DNA of 62,983 nt, filler included, from Sphacelaria rigidula (Eukaryota), in the NCBI GenBank assembly GCA_964200075.2. It is 2 parts of 2 records of this genome, joined end to end, with 100 filler letters (N's around TTAATTAATTAA, not from the genome) between each part and the next. Parts side by side here need not be neighbours in the genome. Positions count along the whole stretch, not along the records: positions 1 to 31,522 come from CAXNAA020000049.1; 1 more part is not named here. The stretch is one strand, 5' to 3'. Made by a program: the position numbers and the translations under genes. The notes below the pieces were generated by a model. The model worked only from the letters and a program-made list of their open reading frames with translations. It was not told where the DNA came from and searched no databases. How positions within the stretch are numbered: position 1 is the first letter of the stretch; each line of letters opens with the position of its first letter. Shown piece after piece: positions 12,906 through 26,583 of the stretch.

Positions 12906-13786
12906 TCTCCTGGGCCACAGAAGTGATCGCTACGCAGTATGAAATTTCCAAACACGGTGCGGTAGATTGTAGTTAACAGTTCGCGTGCAGCAGTGCAGCA
13001 GTCTGCGTGAGAACACAAAAGTGTCAACACAGAGTGGCGAAGGTGAGACCATGTGACGGTGTCCCCACATCTGGTGGTTCGAACTTCGTCTTACTAGGGC
13101 GATGTGTTGGGCAATGGAGCGTGTATCGGAGAGCATCGACGGTTATATTTGGAGTAAACAGAACAAGATCGCGTTATCAACTCCGCCGGCGCTCTCGTCC
13201 AGTCGAGGTTGCTCTGGGGCCCGTCATCAAACAGTGTCACGCCAAGTTTGTGTCTGAGAAGATGGCACATGAACAATCCTTGTACGTACCGGCAAGGGTA
13301 GCGACATCGCGTCATTTAAATCGAAAGAAAGTAGTCTACTCGTACTATATCTCCTCACTTACACCCAATAATATGCTTCCCGCAGAGGAGCTCGTAGTCT
13401 GATACCCCTCCGATGGGTAATACGTCATTTTGCGAATGGCACTTTCGATGATTGTGGGGACGATCTGTGCGGTCGGTCGGTAACTTCTACAGTTTCCTCT
13501 CAGCGCTGACATTGACACGCCCTCATTGAAAACAGTTTTTAATCCCTTCGGGACACGAAAATAGATCACGGTCGTGCAACATACCAAGAAATGAACACTT
13601 TCCCACCGGGTTACAGTTGGGTGGTATATGTTCACTCCCGCGCCCACCATACACTACCCGGATCATTAACGCTCCTGGAATTTATCGACAAGTTACAAGT
13701 CTAGAATGTGCCGTTATCGCAGGGCGCAGTCATGTACATAAATCAAGAGCGCCGACTTCAAAACAAGATACACGAGAACGAAACGA

Positions 13787-16700
13787 TCAATCCTCAACCA
13801 TTTCATCGTGAAAGATCTCTGTGAGCTCTGCCAACGTCGCGACCAAGTTTTCCGCTTCGATACCCTTACAACGCCCGCGCCCGTACCCTTTCCCGCCCTT
13901 GTGCTTGAGCAAATAGCCCAACCCTTTGGTCGCAATCTTCTTCTCGTAATCGCCCAGACTGCCATCAGTCCACCCCTTGCTTTTATCCCGGGGCGCCGGG
14001 CCCAAGCGAGCGTCGGGCGACGCTTCGGCCGTTTCCGGCTCAAATGTCGCCGGCCTATTCCCCACCCCCATTTCCTGAAGCACCCCCCCAACAGATGGGA
14101 TACCGCCCGCTGATGCTGGCACAGGCGGCTGCTGCACACTCGAAACATCGGGCGGTGGTGGCGTTGCCGGCTCAGCGGCAGCTGGTGCCGCCGGTTCAGT
14201 GGTATGGTCGCCACCAACTGACCACGCATCCTCGAACAGACCCCCGTTGTCAATCTGTACCTCGACGATCTTAAGAGCTGCGCCGAGATGTTCCCGCAAG
14301 GCCATGAGGTCGTTCCCAGACAGACTAGAGTGAGCGTGCGCCTGCACCAGACCGCTGCAGCGACGGAAAATATCCTTGGCCGCCCCTTGTGGTGCCGATC
14401 CAGGGTTTGCTCTGGGTGCTGCGGCCGCCGCCAATGGTGACGGCGTCGCTGCGGCAGGGGAGGCCCGTTGTGGCGTCGCTGGACGGGGGGCGGCGGGTGC
14501 GACAGGCGCAGCGGTAGTGATAGGTGGAGGGGATCCTCCGTACGCCTCGGATCGTAGTAACTCCCGGGTCTCAGTCAGGGCGTCGCGAAGTTCCTGGAGT
14601 TTTGCCTCGCCGGTTAAGCCCGCGGTCTTGTGCTGGGTTAGGAGGTCCATAACATGCATCATCTGCGTGTGGGAAATTCATGTGTTGTGTCATGATGTTG
14701 ACAGCTGGACAACTGGGGAAACTTTCTGTCGACTGAAAAGGATGACAGGCATGATCGCAGGCAAGCTCGGGATCTCTTGCGAGTTCATGCAGGACTACAC
14801 TTGCGCAATCACAATACATTGATATCGTACCACTACATGTGTCACGAAAGCGACGAGTGGGCAGCACATGGACCTGGAGCACGTAGCCATAAAAATGTTG
14901 CTACAGCTTCTACAGTGAAAACGTCTTGCAGGCCAAGTAAACTGAAAATCTTCGATGAAAGATCGCTGACTACTGGTCATTTCCAGCAATGTAACTGTCA
15001 TCATTGGTCCACACCATCCGTGTCATATACTTCTCGCTACAACACGCCAACTTCAGGAAAAGGATACGTGGGCGACCCTGAACGACACTATTCAGACTAA
15101 ACCGCAACCCTCTTCCGCATCAACTTCTGCAATCAAGAAACTTGTCGTACACAGCTCGGGTTTCACCTTTGCCTCCGGCTTGCTGCCCGCTCTTCCCAAT
15201 AACGGATCCGCCGACTGTGGCTGTGGCACCTCTCTGATCGTCACTGCGGGCTGTTGCTGCGGCACCTCCCTACTCGGCGCGACCGGACTTCCGCCGGCGG
15301 CGGCACGAGCTCCACCGGTGGCCGCTGCCTTCGCCTCTCGCGCTTGCTGAAGTCTCTCCGCGTAAGATAAACTTGAGCGGGTGGCCGGCGGCGGCATCGT
15401 TTGAGCAGAAGGTACAGCAGCAGCTGACTGGGGAGCGCTGGCAGCGGGGGGGGTAGTGATGGCGGCCTGCTCCCCCGCTTTCTCTTCGCGGGCGTTTTTC
15501 AGTCTCTCGGCGTAGCTCATAACTGGCCCCGTCGGACGCGGCCTTGATGGTGGCGGTGCCAAGATTTTGTTTCTTAGAGAATCGTCCTCGATCTCGATGA
15601 AGCTGCTGGTGCTTTGCTCCTCGAGGTAAGGATTCTTAGTTATCTCCACCTTCTTCCCGCTAAGAGCCGCGATATATGCGTCCGACTCATTCTGGATGCT
15701 GGTGGTGGCTTTGGTGCGACGCCGCGGAATGAGTGCGGGGGTCGGCTGACAATACAGAGCAAGGTTGAACGGGTGAAATTGAAGGAAGCATACCGGTTCG
15801 TATGTCAGTAAACTTTCGAAGCATGCGCGGGAATCTACTCCCTTGATTCGGGAGTCGTCTGTCGCGGTGCCATCTCACCTGCAGCAATGGGGGGAAATCC
15901 TACAAGCGCTTACTGTACCAACATCACCCGCAGCAAGTGGCGCATCCGCTCATCCACGAAGCACTTCAAAGAGAGAGCATTCACAAGAGTCCCGTGTCAC
16001 AGCTCTCTACTCAATATCGAGGGAAAAGTACGAACAGCCATGTGCTTGTTCTTGTTCTCGCCATACCTGTGTGCAATACTCGTCAGAAGAAATCGTCTCA
16101 TGCTCACACATGAACTTTTCGACAACTCGACAAGATAAAACTGCACCTTCTGCAACCAAGTGCCGCAAAATCTGTGCAACAGACCCGCAAGCCGCCCTAC
16201 ATGTGATAACAAGGAATTGGCATGACCCGCGTTCTCACCTCGTGCTCTTGCTGGTCCACTTCAGGCATCATGGGCGAATCGTCCATTTCGACAACGGGGT
16301 CACCTCCCGAATTCACTCTCTTCAGGAACTCCGCTTTTTTCTTCCTCGCAGCTGTCGATAGCTGATCGATATAGTCGTCAGACGCACTGGTACTGGGAAC
16401 ATACCCACTCCTGTGGGCACATGACAGGCACCACGCAAGAGACAGTTTTTAGGCATGAACTGAGTGTTGGTACACATGAACTAGAGCGCTTGGGACGCTC
16501 AGTTTCGGTGGATGATTCTCTGCCTGCTACTTGTTTGAAGGCGCGCACCTGCACATCAAGGCTGTGCTGCAGCACCTGGAGCCATAGTATACCGGTACAA
16601 CTGCCGGGTATTGATCTACAGCTTCCACAGGGATGAGATCACAAACAACCTTGTTGCCAGATTGAGTGTCTAGCATTTAACTAAGTTACTTTTACGATTC

Positions 16701-19700
16701 GCTCTAACGTGACCACTTCTTCATTTCGTGTGTGCTTTTTTGCTTGTGACAATGTCATGTGCTTACAGCTATCCTACTCAGAGATTTCAGAGGTAGGCTT
16801 CGATAGCAAGCTACTACAGAAAGTATTGAAGGTCTCGTACGAGGCCTGATTGCTCATTTCGGCAGTGAAACTGTTTCAGGCATTAATTTGCCATTTCCGA
16901 GAAGGTGGAGTCCTAGATTTCTGCGGATTGACAAGGCCGGTGCAATAAAGACATGCATAGGTTCATCACACGGCCAAGAGCTTTCACTCGATCCGCTCCT
17001 CGACTGGGTAAGTAATTTATTCCCCGGGAAACACCAGTCGATGTAGGGATTAGAATTTCAGTTTTTTGGGTTCTCACTATCAATCAAGTGCTAGACACTC
17101 AGTCTGGCGAAGGTGATGAAACCAAGAGTGAGCAATCAAAGAATGAAACAACAATGACCACAACAAAAATCAGAGAGGGAAGCAGTCAACCACGAACGAT
17201 TCGAGCGAGCAGAGCAAGCGACGCTAACGACTAAGAAGCACACACCAGATACATAACTCACGTTGCCTCGGCTTTTGCGCGGGCGACAGCCCTCATCTTC
17301 TGCAACTCGGCGTTATCCAGACTCGGGTCGTCCAGGTCGATTCCCTTCTCTTTCATCATGAGCTTTTGCTGCCGCTCCACCGCTGCGCGCGTCGCCCTCG
17401 CTTTCTCCTCCGGCGTGAAATGCTGCGGCGGTGGCCGGGGCGGAGTCTCCCCGTCGCCGCGAGATCTTGGTGGTTGGCCCATCTGCCGCCGTTCATCGTT
17501 GGCTCGAGCCTTTTCCATCATATCTCGGAACCGGCTGCCTCCCGTAGCGCCGACATCGTCTCCATAGTCTAATGAGAAGCGGAAGTAAAATATAACAAGG
17601 ATGGCATGGGGTCAAGGGAGAACAGTACATATTCTTTAGTCCGCTGGAAGCCGTGTAAACTCCTTCACCGTGTTCTTGCTTCCTCTCCAATATAATATTT
17701 GTATCCATGGCAGCTATACGGAAGAGAAAAAGAAGCGTCTTCTTGTTATCTGCGCGTGGAAATACTATTTACCGCTGACGCAGATATCAGATTGCTTCTC
17801 TAACAGCAGGCTTTGGCTGATTATGGACACCGTTTGGTTCGTAATCACTGTGCGAATGAGTTACGGATTACTGACGGCAACACGGACAACCGCCCGTGAG
17901 CCGCCTTTCCTTACCCAGGGCACACACGTTTGTACTAGCGGTATCGTTAAAAGGAGTCGCCGTGTCGCCTGGCGGGCACAAAACCATGCTCCCCGAGGTT
18001 ACCATGCTCAACTAGCACGGAAAACGTGCAGCCGTCAACGTCACTTGTCACCAATCACAGGGAAGGCGTCCATAAAAAATGAACGGAGGCTTTCATACAC
18101 GACAACAAAAGCACAGTGCACATACTGACAGCGGCCGCTCACTGAGAACCAACTAGAGAACGGCATACCGTGAGTAAACGCGGCACCCAACATCTCCTTG
18201 TACGTCTCTTCTCCGCCTGCAATCCTCCTCTATAATACACCCGCAAACCCAATACGGTGGACAGTTCAAAAGGTAACTCACCAGCATCCATCTCCCGGGG
18301 CAGCTGCATCCCAGGCATTTCGTTCCTCAACGGCGGATCAGGCAAGGACGGCGAACCAATCCTATCCCACTGGGCCGGGTCATCGTAGTTCGGAGCATCG
18401 GCGGGTCGTACAGGCCGCGGCGGCCGCGCTTCGCGCGGAATCCTGCCATCCTGTTGTTGTTGTCCCCGGGACGATGTCGGCCGTACACCTGCGCGCTGTT
18501 CGATATAGGGATCTGTTTTCTTAGCTCGTGCGAGTAGCTCGCGGAATCTGGTGCCACCGGACTCGTGCTCGTCGCGGTAGGGTCCCGGACCTTTCGCTCC
18601 TGGCATGTCTTCTGACGGCACCTGTTGAAATAACATCCGTGAATTTAGATTCGAAAGCGAGCACGAAAGTCTATTACCATGCAGTGACGCGGGATCAGTA
18701 CAGTATAATACAGTTTAGTCATGGGTTCAAACAAGCACACACGCAGTAGGATAAACCTGTAGGAAGATTACATCGTACGCGCTGCTACTACGGACGTGGG
18801 TATGCGAAAGTCACAGTTGAAGCAGTGGCGAACCACACAGTGCAGTACAGCGGCAGACATCGCAGTACTGATAAATATTTCCAAACCGTTTCAAGATGTT
18901 GGCAGTCTCGGTGAGGACAACACAACAGACCGAGGAACGACATAGAGGAGGAAGAAAGAAGGTAGGTTAATCGGAGTTGGGTTATATAATTTCATGCTCG
19001 ACACATTATACAATTGTCGCTAACGCTAATCCCAACCCCAGCCCAAGGCACACCGAGAACCCTCGGGCAAGGAAGGTGTTTAGGGTTCCCTACAATAGGT
19101 AAAGTGTCGGGAGTGATGGAGAAAGAAGGGAGGTTACATGAGTGTTTCGCCTAGGCGAGCAAACACCCGCAGAAGGCACAGGCGGTCACAATAACCATGC
19201 ACAGTACTTGCGGCGTGCAGCTGAGCTTTCCCCCTAAGCTAGACATCTGTCTCCCCCTACAACTAGCACCTTGGCCAACGACTACGGTACACGGTACGAG
19301 ATATCCGTACACATGACGCTTGCCGATATTCTACAAGGAGCACGACAGTTACGACCAGATGACACAAGTGTATCACGCTTGGGAACATTTCGTCAGACAC
19401 ATCTAGATGAGTGAACTTCGAATCAAATGTGCGCTACACCTCCTCTGATCGATCAGATCTACTTAAAACGATCTATTAATAGGCGAAGCCTTAACTAAAA
19501 AGGTCAGCTTGATTCCAACTTTGCAGGGCAGACTTCGCGATGTTGGGGTAAGGGATCTCGTACTCTCATGTAACTAGTGATGATGAGTGAGGTACCGGAG
19601 CGTAGTGGGATTTGCGGTTCACAGATCGGGATTGAATGTCACCGACTGGTTTGGGGAAGTCGAAGAACACACTGTTTGGTGTCTACCAACTCGAGCTACA

Positions 19701-20358
19701 GTACTGCTGTACTCAAGTATAGCGTAATGTGGAGTGATCGTGAGATTTAGTAGCGGGGGGACGGTGTCCCACGTATGTACACGAAGGGATGAGTCTATCA
19801 GAGGTAAGTCACCGATTCAGGATTGTAGTCCCATGAACTCGGTACCACGTCCTATCTAGTGCAATCTCAATCCACATTGTGCTACACGCTCTGTCGGGAG
19901 ATGTGATAACTGGGAAGTCAAAGACTTGTGCTACCACTATACTCTTGCGCTGAGTGCTGTTTGCGGCGTGTGTTATAGGTTATGGGTGCCGCATGGGGAG
20001 TGGCAGCCGACCGTACATACATCCTGTGCAACTTATCGTTCATCTTGCAACCCCCAACCACGAAACAGGACAACCACTGGATTCTCGACACTAAATACAC
20101 CATCCCCGTGTTTACCTCATCCGAACGCGGTCCTCTATCACTCATGCTAAGCCTAGCAATTCGGGAGCCGGAACCCCCTGTCCTAGTGCCCCATGTTGAT
20201 GCTGCAGATGGTGCATGCAGCGCAGAGGACGTGACAAGGGGTCTGCTGCAGCCATGGGGTACAAACAGGAAGCCATGGCAGGGCACTATCCACACCTGTA
20301 AAACAAGAAGAAGGATATTCCGGCGGTAATGATGCCCGCAATCATTGCCGTGTGCCAT
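13787..20358 (-). CDS. Uncharacterised predicted plastid-targeted protein, low-complexity with repeated short motifs, 6 exons, ~830 aa
   Basis: Exons 20358-20116, 18621-18282, 17568-17262, 16386-16239, 15745-15167 and 14662-13787 have GT/AG ends and join without stops (2493 nt). The N-terminus has a signal peptide, a CHG|F cleavage site and a Ser/Thr-rich transit peptide. Confidence 0.8.
16648..17113. mobile_element. MITE-like element with terminal inverted repeats (intronic)
   Basis: CCAGATTGAGTGTCTAGCA (16657-16675) is inverted at TGCTAGACACTCAGTCTGG (17089-17107), 18/19 match. The interior is non-coding. Confidence 0.7.
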
Positions 20359-21389
20359 AACGACACCTCTACTGTCCGTCTTTCTTACTGCGGTTGAGAG
20401 CGTCTCCTCTGCTGTAACCCCTCGCCCTCGCATTCATGTGTCATATTCTACTGATCGAGAAAGGCAGCGCGGATTAGTGTCACGTTATTTACCAACTTTG
20501 TATGAACAATACACAGTAGGGCCCAGCAAACTTGATGAAGCGTCATACCATGATGATTCTGATCTTCAACTTTATATTCACGCTTATGTTTATCTTCTCC
20601 AACAACTCGGGCTCAACTCTCTCCATCGCAGAGCACAAACAGAAGATCGACATCTCCCAACACCCGCGGATGCTACGATTATACTAATACTGATATATAA
20701 TACCAACACTGAATACCCGAAATATTTTAAGTCATTTTCCATTCTTGAATCCTAGAAGCGCACGAAACAGTACCAGAAACTTGCGAGAAAGCCATGCCTC
20801 ACCCCTTGGGGAAACGACAGATCTGGTTCAGCAAATCTGTGAAACCGCATTGGGGGGCCTGCTAATCTGACTTTCGCAGATATGAGTCACCCTGATTGTG
20901 CATAGACTAACTAGGGTCTCTGCAAAATCGGGGTTTGTCGCTATAATAAATTTATCTTATTTGGTATGTCATTGACGTTCTCTTGGACAAACGAGTCTGA
21001 CCTTTGAATCTCATGGAGAAAGTGACCAAATAACACGACGGTACCGAATCCAGGGGGCTACCTCTACTCAGGAATCAGGAGCGGGGTGTAGGGCAGAGGC
21101 TGTTCGTCGCCCAAATCCCCTTGTGCTTTACATCATACCAGATCTGAAGGTCGAAAAAAATAGTGGAAAGTTCGTCCAAGCCTGGTGTGCTGACGACGAA
21201 AACTCAAGTCACTTCCTCGAGAACAAACCATCGGTAGTGCTAGGAGTTCGTTGCCTGGTTGCGGACAATTCAAACACAGCAGACAGGAGCGCCGCGCAGC
21301 ATAGTGCTGATAGTACAGTGCAACTACGCACCTGCGGGCTACGGTGCTTCTCTGCTCCTCCGCGAATAATACCCTTCGTTTCCACGGTA

Positions 21390-24300
21390 ATGATGGATAC
21401 AACCTCTGTGGGGCTGCTGTGCTCCGCAGCCCTCGCTCATCGAGGCGGCGCGGACGAAGAAGATTTGGGCATTGCCAAGCTGGTTAGTAATCTGCGGTCT
21501 GATTTGGGCGTTGCAGGGTCACGCCGGCGAGACACGTTGCAAGGTCTCATTGACGTGCTATCTGCCTCCGATGGTGAGCTTCAAGAGAGGGCCCACTGTA
21601 CTGTACTGTACTGTACCGTACTGTGCTATGTATGCCGCTGCGGGCCGTGGAAAGGGCTGCAGAGAGAGGTGGAGAGAGGGCGGGGACGTGGAGTTGTCTT
21701 GCATTGTATCTTCCCGCACCGCACTCTGACATGATTCAACTTGCATGCTGGAATGCATCCACCAAGATGGCACCTCGACGAGTAGTTTGATACCCTGAGT
21801 TTGAAGTCGCTTGTACGATGTACAATACAGTGGTACGGTGGGCTATGGCGCAGCAGCGCTTGGCATTTTGATGCCAATAGTATCATCAAGACTTCACGAA
21901 TGCACAGTGCAACAGCAAGCACTCTGTGGCTGGGCCTAATGTGTTTGCGCCCATTGCTAGCTGTGCACTTTTCACTACGCCTGGAGGAGGATTTACCGCT
22001 GTTTGTTCAGATATTCAGAAGGGGTCAGTCTTGAGACAGCTGTTTGCCGTCAGGTGCCAATCGTTACGTAGATGTACGAATGTTTCTTCAGTACAAACGA
22101 TCCCAACAACAGCATCGCCACACCACAGCCACCGCCACTGCCGTTTGTGCTGCTTTTCCACAGATGCAGACCGCTCGGCGGCTGCTCACGTTCTCAATTG
22201 CATATCATGGGAAGCCTTCGGGATCGTGTTGTCTATCGTGAAGGATCCTGATGGCCGGTTAAGAGATGTCGACGACGACCGCGATGATGCAACTTCTCCG
22301 AAACTGGAACTCGGCACAAAACCAAATGTTGCCGGTGGTTCGAAGTCGCGGATGAATGCGAAGGTGGAAGGCCTCGCCCATACACTTCTGCAGGTCATGG
22401 CAGAGACGGTAAGTCCGAAGGAGCTGCACCTCATAGCGCTCGAGAATCTCCGGGACTCGTATCATCCCAAGTGAGTGTGATCAGAGATGACGCAAACAGG
22501 GCACTTTTACGACCTTAGTACTACTTTGGTGTCCTGTTACTGTACACGTACGATAGACGTGTTGAGTTTTTTAGAAGCATCGAGCTGTAAGCGGCTGTGT
22601 ACCCCCATCGCTTTTTCGTACTGCCATGATGTGCTTATTGCCATGCCTTACGACCCGACCTGCGTACGTGCACTCACGTGCACTCTGTTTGGCAACCAAA
22701 CAACCGGGAAGCAGGAGCCTGCAAGCAATCCTGGCGCTGCTGCGCCGTAGCACAGAGCGCATGGCGCCGCCGCAGAGATCGAAGTTCCTCGAAGCGGCTA
22801 TGCGGCCAGCCCTCGGGACCTTGAGACGGATATTCGACGGATGGGCCGGGAAAGAGCCACGCACACGCAACGTAGAAACAACGGTACCAATAGCGGGTGG
22901 CGATGATATGGGAGATGGTAGTGATGATCCAGCAGATTTGAGTAGCGAAGGTGAAGAAGACGAAGATGACGAATTTTCAACAGCCATCACCAACGACGCC
23001 ATCGGCGGCGGCGACGATTATGCGAAGCCCTCCCCGGGGACGAGTGAAGCCGCAGCAAAAACCGCCGAGGCAGCCGCTGACTTCATCGGCCCTTTGCTCC
23101 GGCAAGCGGGCGAAGAGAGGGAGCGTGCTTACCAGGGGCCCGATGGTGCCCTATTTCTCTCCTCGTCGAATCCGGGTTGTAAAGTGGGTGCTGAAGCCAC
23201 TCCTGAAAATGTCTCACAAGCAACGCGACCGATGCTTGCGCCTGCGCCGACAGCGACGGTGGCAAGCGAAGATCGTCCTCGTACTCCTCCCGTGGCACCG
23301 GAATATGCGGCAAAAAAGGTGGAAGCGCAACAGGCGGCCGATCGATCGCTTGCGTCGTTCTTGGCGTACGCTCTGTCCGCGCTTGCGATGGTCGCCGGGA
23401 AGTCGTCGGTGGCCGTCTCTGAGAGCGACACTGAATCGAAAGGTATGGCCATTGCCGCCTCCACCGCCGCCTCGGCGCCGGTCGGCTCCGCTGTCTCGTG
23501 TGCTCCCTCTTCAGACGGCGATGGAGCAGAGGACCTGGCAAAAGCGGAGAGGCGCCTCGTGCGGCTGATCATGAGTAGCGCTTCAGCGATCGATCTCCAG
23601 TTCGTTCTGCTCCACGCTTTTCGTGCGTCGTACGCGAAGCGGGTACGGGAGAGAAGGTCGGGCGAGAGAGAGGGACGACCAGACCATCCCCCAGCGAGGC
23701 AGCCAGTGCCGCTTCCACGAAGTTTTAGTGATCGATCAAGACTTGGGGAATTGCTGGCCGCCAGTGATGAGTTGCATGACGTCAACTTGGGCGTGTCGGC
23801 GGTCGCGCACTTGGTGAGCAATTCTGGGGTCTTTGAAGTTAGCACTATCTGTGAAACTGGTGGAACACAATCGCCACGGTGTTGTGTGTTTTCCTTTGCG
23901 CACAATCCTGTTTTTAGCCAGTCAAAACCAATGTGCACAGTACATATTTACCCTTGGTATCGAAAAGCACGAAAATCCAACATATATTCACTGGTATTTG
24001 TTCAACACAAAGCTTAGGGTATTCACCCACGTCGTTCGCATAAATGTTTTGTTCTTCCTTTCGCTATTTTTTCAACGCTGTGCTAGGTCGCATGTACGCC
24101 GGAGTTGCGTCATCAGCTGCTTCCCAAAGTGTTGTCGCGAAGAACAGAACGGAGGCTCTTCCTGCCATACGCTGAGGTGAAATATATAGTTCGCTGAAAA
24201 TTAGAGTCGGGTAAGGTGCGATCAAAGCTATTCGTAGTGTTAAAATACATAAACTCAAACTCCAAAAATATACGATTGCGTGGTTGGAGTGAGACAAAGA

Positions 24301-26583
24301 GAGAGAGAGAAACAGTCGGGAGCTTCATCCGCCTGTTTGATATCGAGTGGACACGATGTGGCACGCGCCTGGAGTCACTTGTCACAGCGCTCGCCTTGAT
24401 AACCTTGAGGGCAAAAAACCTGATGAGTCTCATGCTCGGCTTTTTTCACACCATAGAACCGCTTGCTCATTCAAATGCAGGATGCCAAATACTCACGGCA
24501 GGTCCAGTCGTCCGTTTCGCCTTTTTGATCACGCAATGGTGCACCTTATCCATGACTGCCAGCACTTTCTACTTGATGAATAATCGATTGTACAAGCTCA
24601 CAATTCACCACTTGTGAGCGATTTTCTGGGCAAGGGATTCAACCCATGCGCCATGTGTGGCGTTGCCGTCTTCCCTAAAGTTTAGCTCTGGGTCTCTCAC
24701 CCGTGTGCCTCACGTCACGCGCCAGGACCTGATGCGGATGAAGTCCAAACGAGTTGCTGGGAAAGGGCTAGAGCTAGCATGCTTCGTAGCAGAGCGGCTG
24801 GGGAGCTGGCCGGATGAGACGGGCGCCTATGCCTTTTCCTGGACGCCGGAGGATGAAAGTGATGCAGAGGAAATGCCGGGAAGCTCCTTGATAGGCGAGC
24901 AGGTACGAACGACGGGTCGTTGTTTGTGTCTACCTGGATTTGTGCGTGTCTACTCGGCCAGAATGCGTTATGCTGGCATTTGCTCTGGTGTTTCGAAGGT
25001 TCTCGCGCTGCATTTTTTTGTTATTCCCCGAGCTGCTTATCGATGACGTTATTGTATGTATCTTCTCGACCAATAGTGTGCTTTGTCAATCATCCTCTTC
25101 AGCCAGTGGCGCACAGGATGAAGAAATTGTGGCACACTGATGTTGTGCATGATTCACCTCTACCTCAATTCCACCCTCACCACACCCTGCGACAAACCCC
25201 CCATCAACCCGTCGACGATCACTCTCTGCTATCGCTGCAAACGCTCTTCAGGGCTACCGCGGCGATGACAGCAACGGCGTCCAGAGAAGGAGCAGAACAG
25301 CCCAACGGCGGCAACAAGCGTTGGACGACCCCTACCGGTTCGATCTTACAGGCTTTCTTCAGGTCCTGATTGACGTCGTCGTCACATGCCCGCTTGCGAG
25401 CTTGCGCTCCCGCGGACACGCTGCCATGGGCTTATTCCTGGGCGCGGTGGATGCGGCCAGTCGATTCCTGGTGCTTCGTCGGCTAGTCGCCCGATGTCCA
25501 TGGCCGAACGCCACGGGTCTGCTGCTAGACGCTTTCCGGCGGGAAATTGACCGAGCTTTGCGCACGCCGCAGACGATGTCTCAACAACAACAACAACAAC
25601 AACACCCCCCGGCGTCCGCACCGGTACCGGCCGCGAAGTCGACCATCAACCCTGCGGTGGGGGGATCGGTAGATTTTTCATGTACTAGTAAGATGGAAAT
25701 GCTGCTGCCAGCAGCGACGGGCGATGCCGGGAGTGCCGGAGGTGTTGTCACCGGTGGTGGTGGTGGAAGTGGAGGACGAGGAGATAGTGCTGGTGGTTCG
25801 GTGGCGGTCCTGCAATCGTCGCCGTTTGCGTCAGCGCAGGCGGGGGATTTCGTTTGCGAGCAACTACGACGAGCTTGTCGACTGGGTGGCGTTGGCGTTG
25901 GCGTGGGCGGCACGGCACAGGCATCGTCTTTACTGGTGGACATGGACAGTCGCACCGGTGCATTTGCGCTGGCACGGTATGCTCACGTGTTGGATAGGAC
26001 GGTCGTCGCAGCTGGCGGGAGACTGAAGCTCCGAGAGAAGGACCGGTTGAGAGAGAACCAACGTATTGTACAGGTGAGTTGTGCATAAGATGGTTTGCAA
26101 GAGGGAACGATTAGCATCAGTCAGCCGAAGCTCTGATGAAACCAGAATTTTAAGGTCACCATGAACTAACTCCGAGGGTCATCTAGCCGCCGGTTTTGAA
26201 GAATGCTCGATTCAGCGACGTTCGGGTACGTTTTACTGTTCAAATGCCGACACCTCGCGAGTATCTGTATCATCGCGCTATCATGATCTCGATGTTAGCC
26301 CTTTTCTTGTATGTCGCGGTAAGCTGGACGCAACTTCACAGTCGAGGGGTCATGCAGAACAGCCCTGAGGCTGCCCGCGCAGTTTGCAGGGGCACATGGG
26401 GCTCGTCACTTGACACCATTCAGTACTATTTGCTGACGTAATTGTTTTTCGCTGCCCCAGGAGTTTGTGGAGAAGCTAAGAGAGACGACCGCCGCATCAG
26501 GGAGAGCAGCACCCGATCACTTCAGGTTGTTCATTCTGGAGGATGTGGCGCAGCTGTGCCTTCAGGAGTTGATGTTGCCGTGA
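21390..26583 (+). CDS. Glomulin / ALF4 / YAP-binding family helical-repeat protein, 7 exons, ~933 aa
   Basis: Exons 21390-21573, 22164-22470, 22715-23813, 24087-24176, 24726-24902, 25252-26073 and 26461-26583 splice in frame (2802 nt). The motifs ISWEAF, SPKELHLIALENL and LQVLIDVVVTCPLASLR...RFLVLRRLV..CPWPNATGLLLDAFRREI resemble glomulin/ALF4 conserved blocks. Confidence 0.75.

Noticed and set aside
23129..23938. 269-aa minus-strand ORF
   Set aside because: It is the antisense shadow of a GC-rich exon of the glomulin-like gene.
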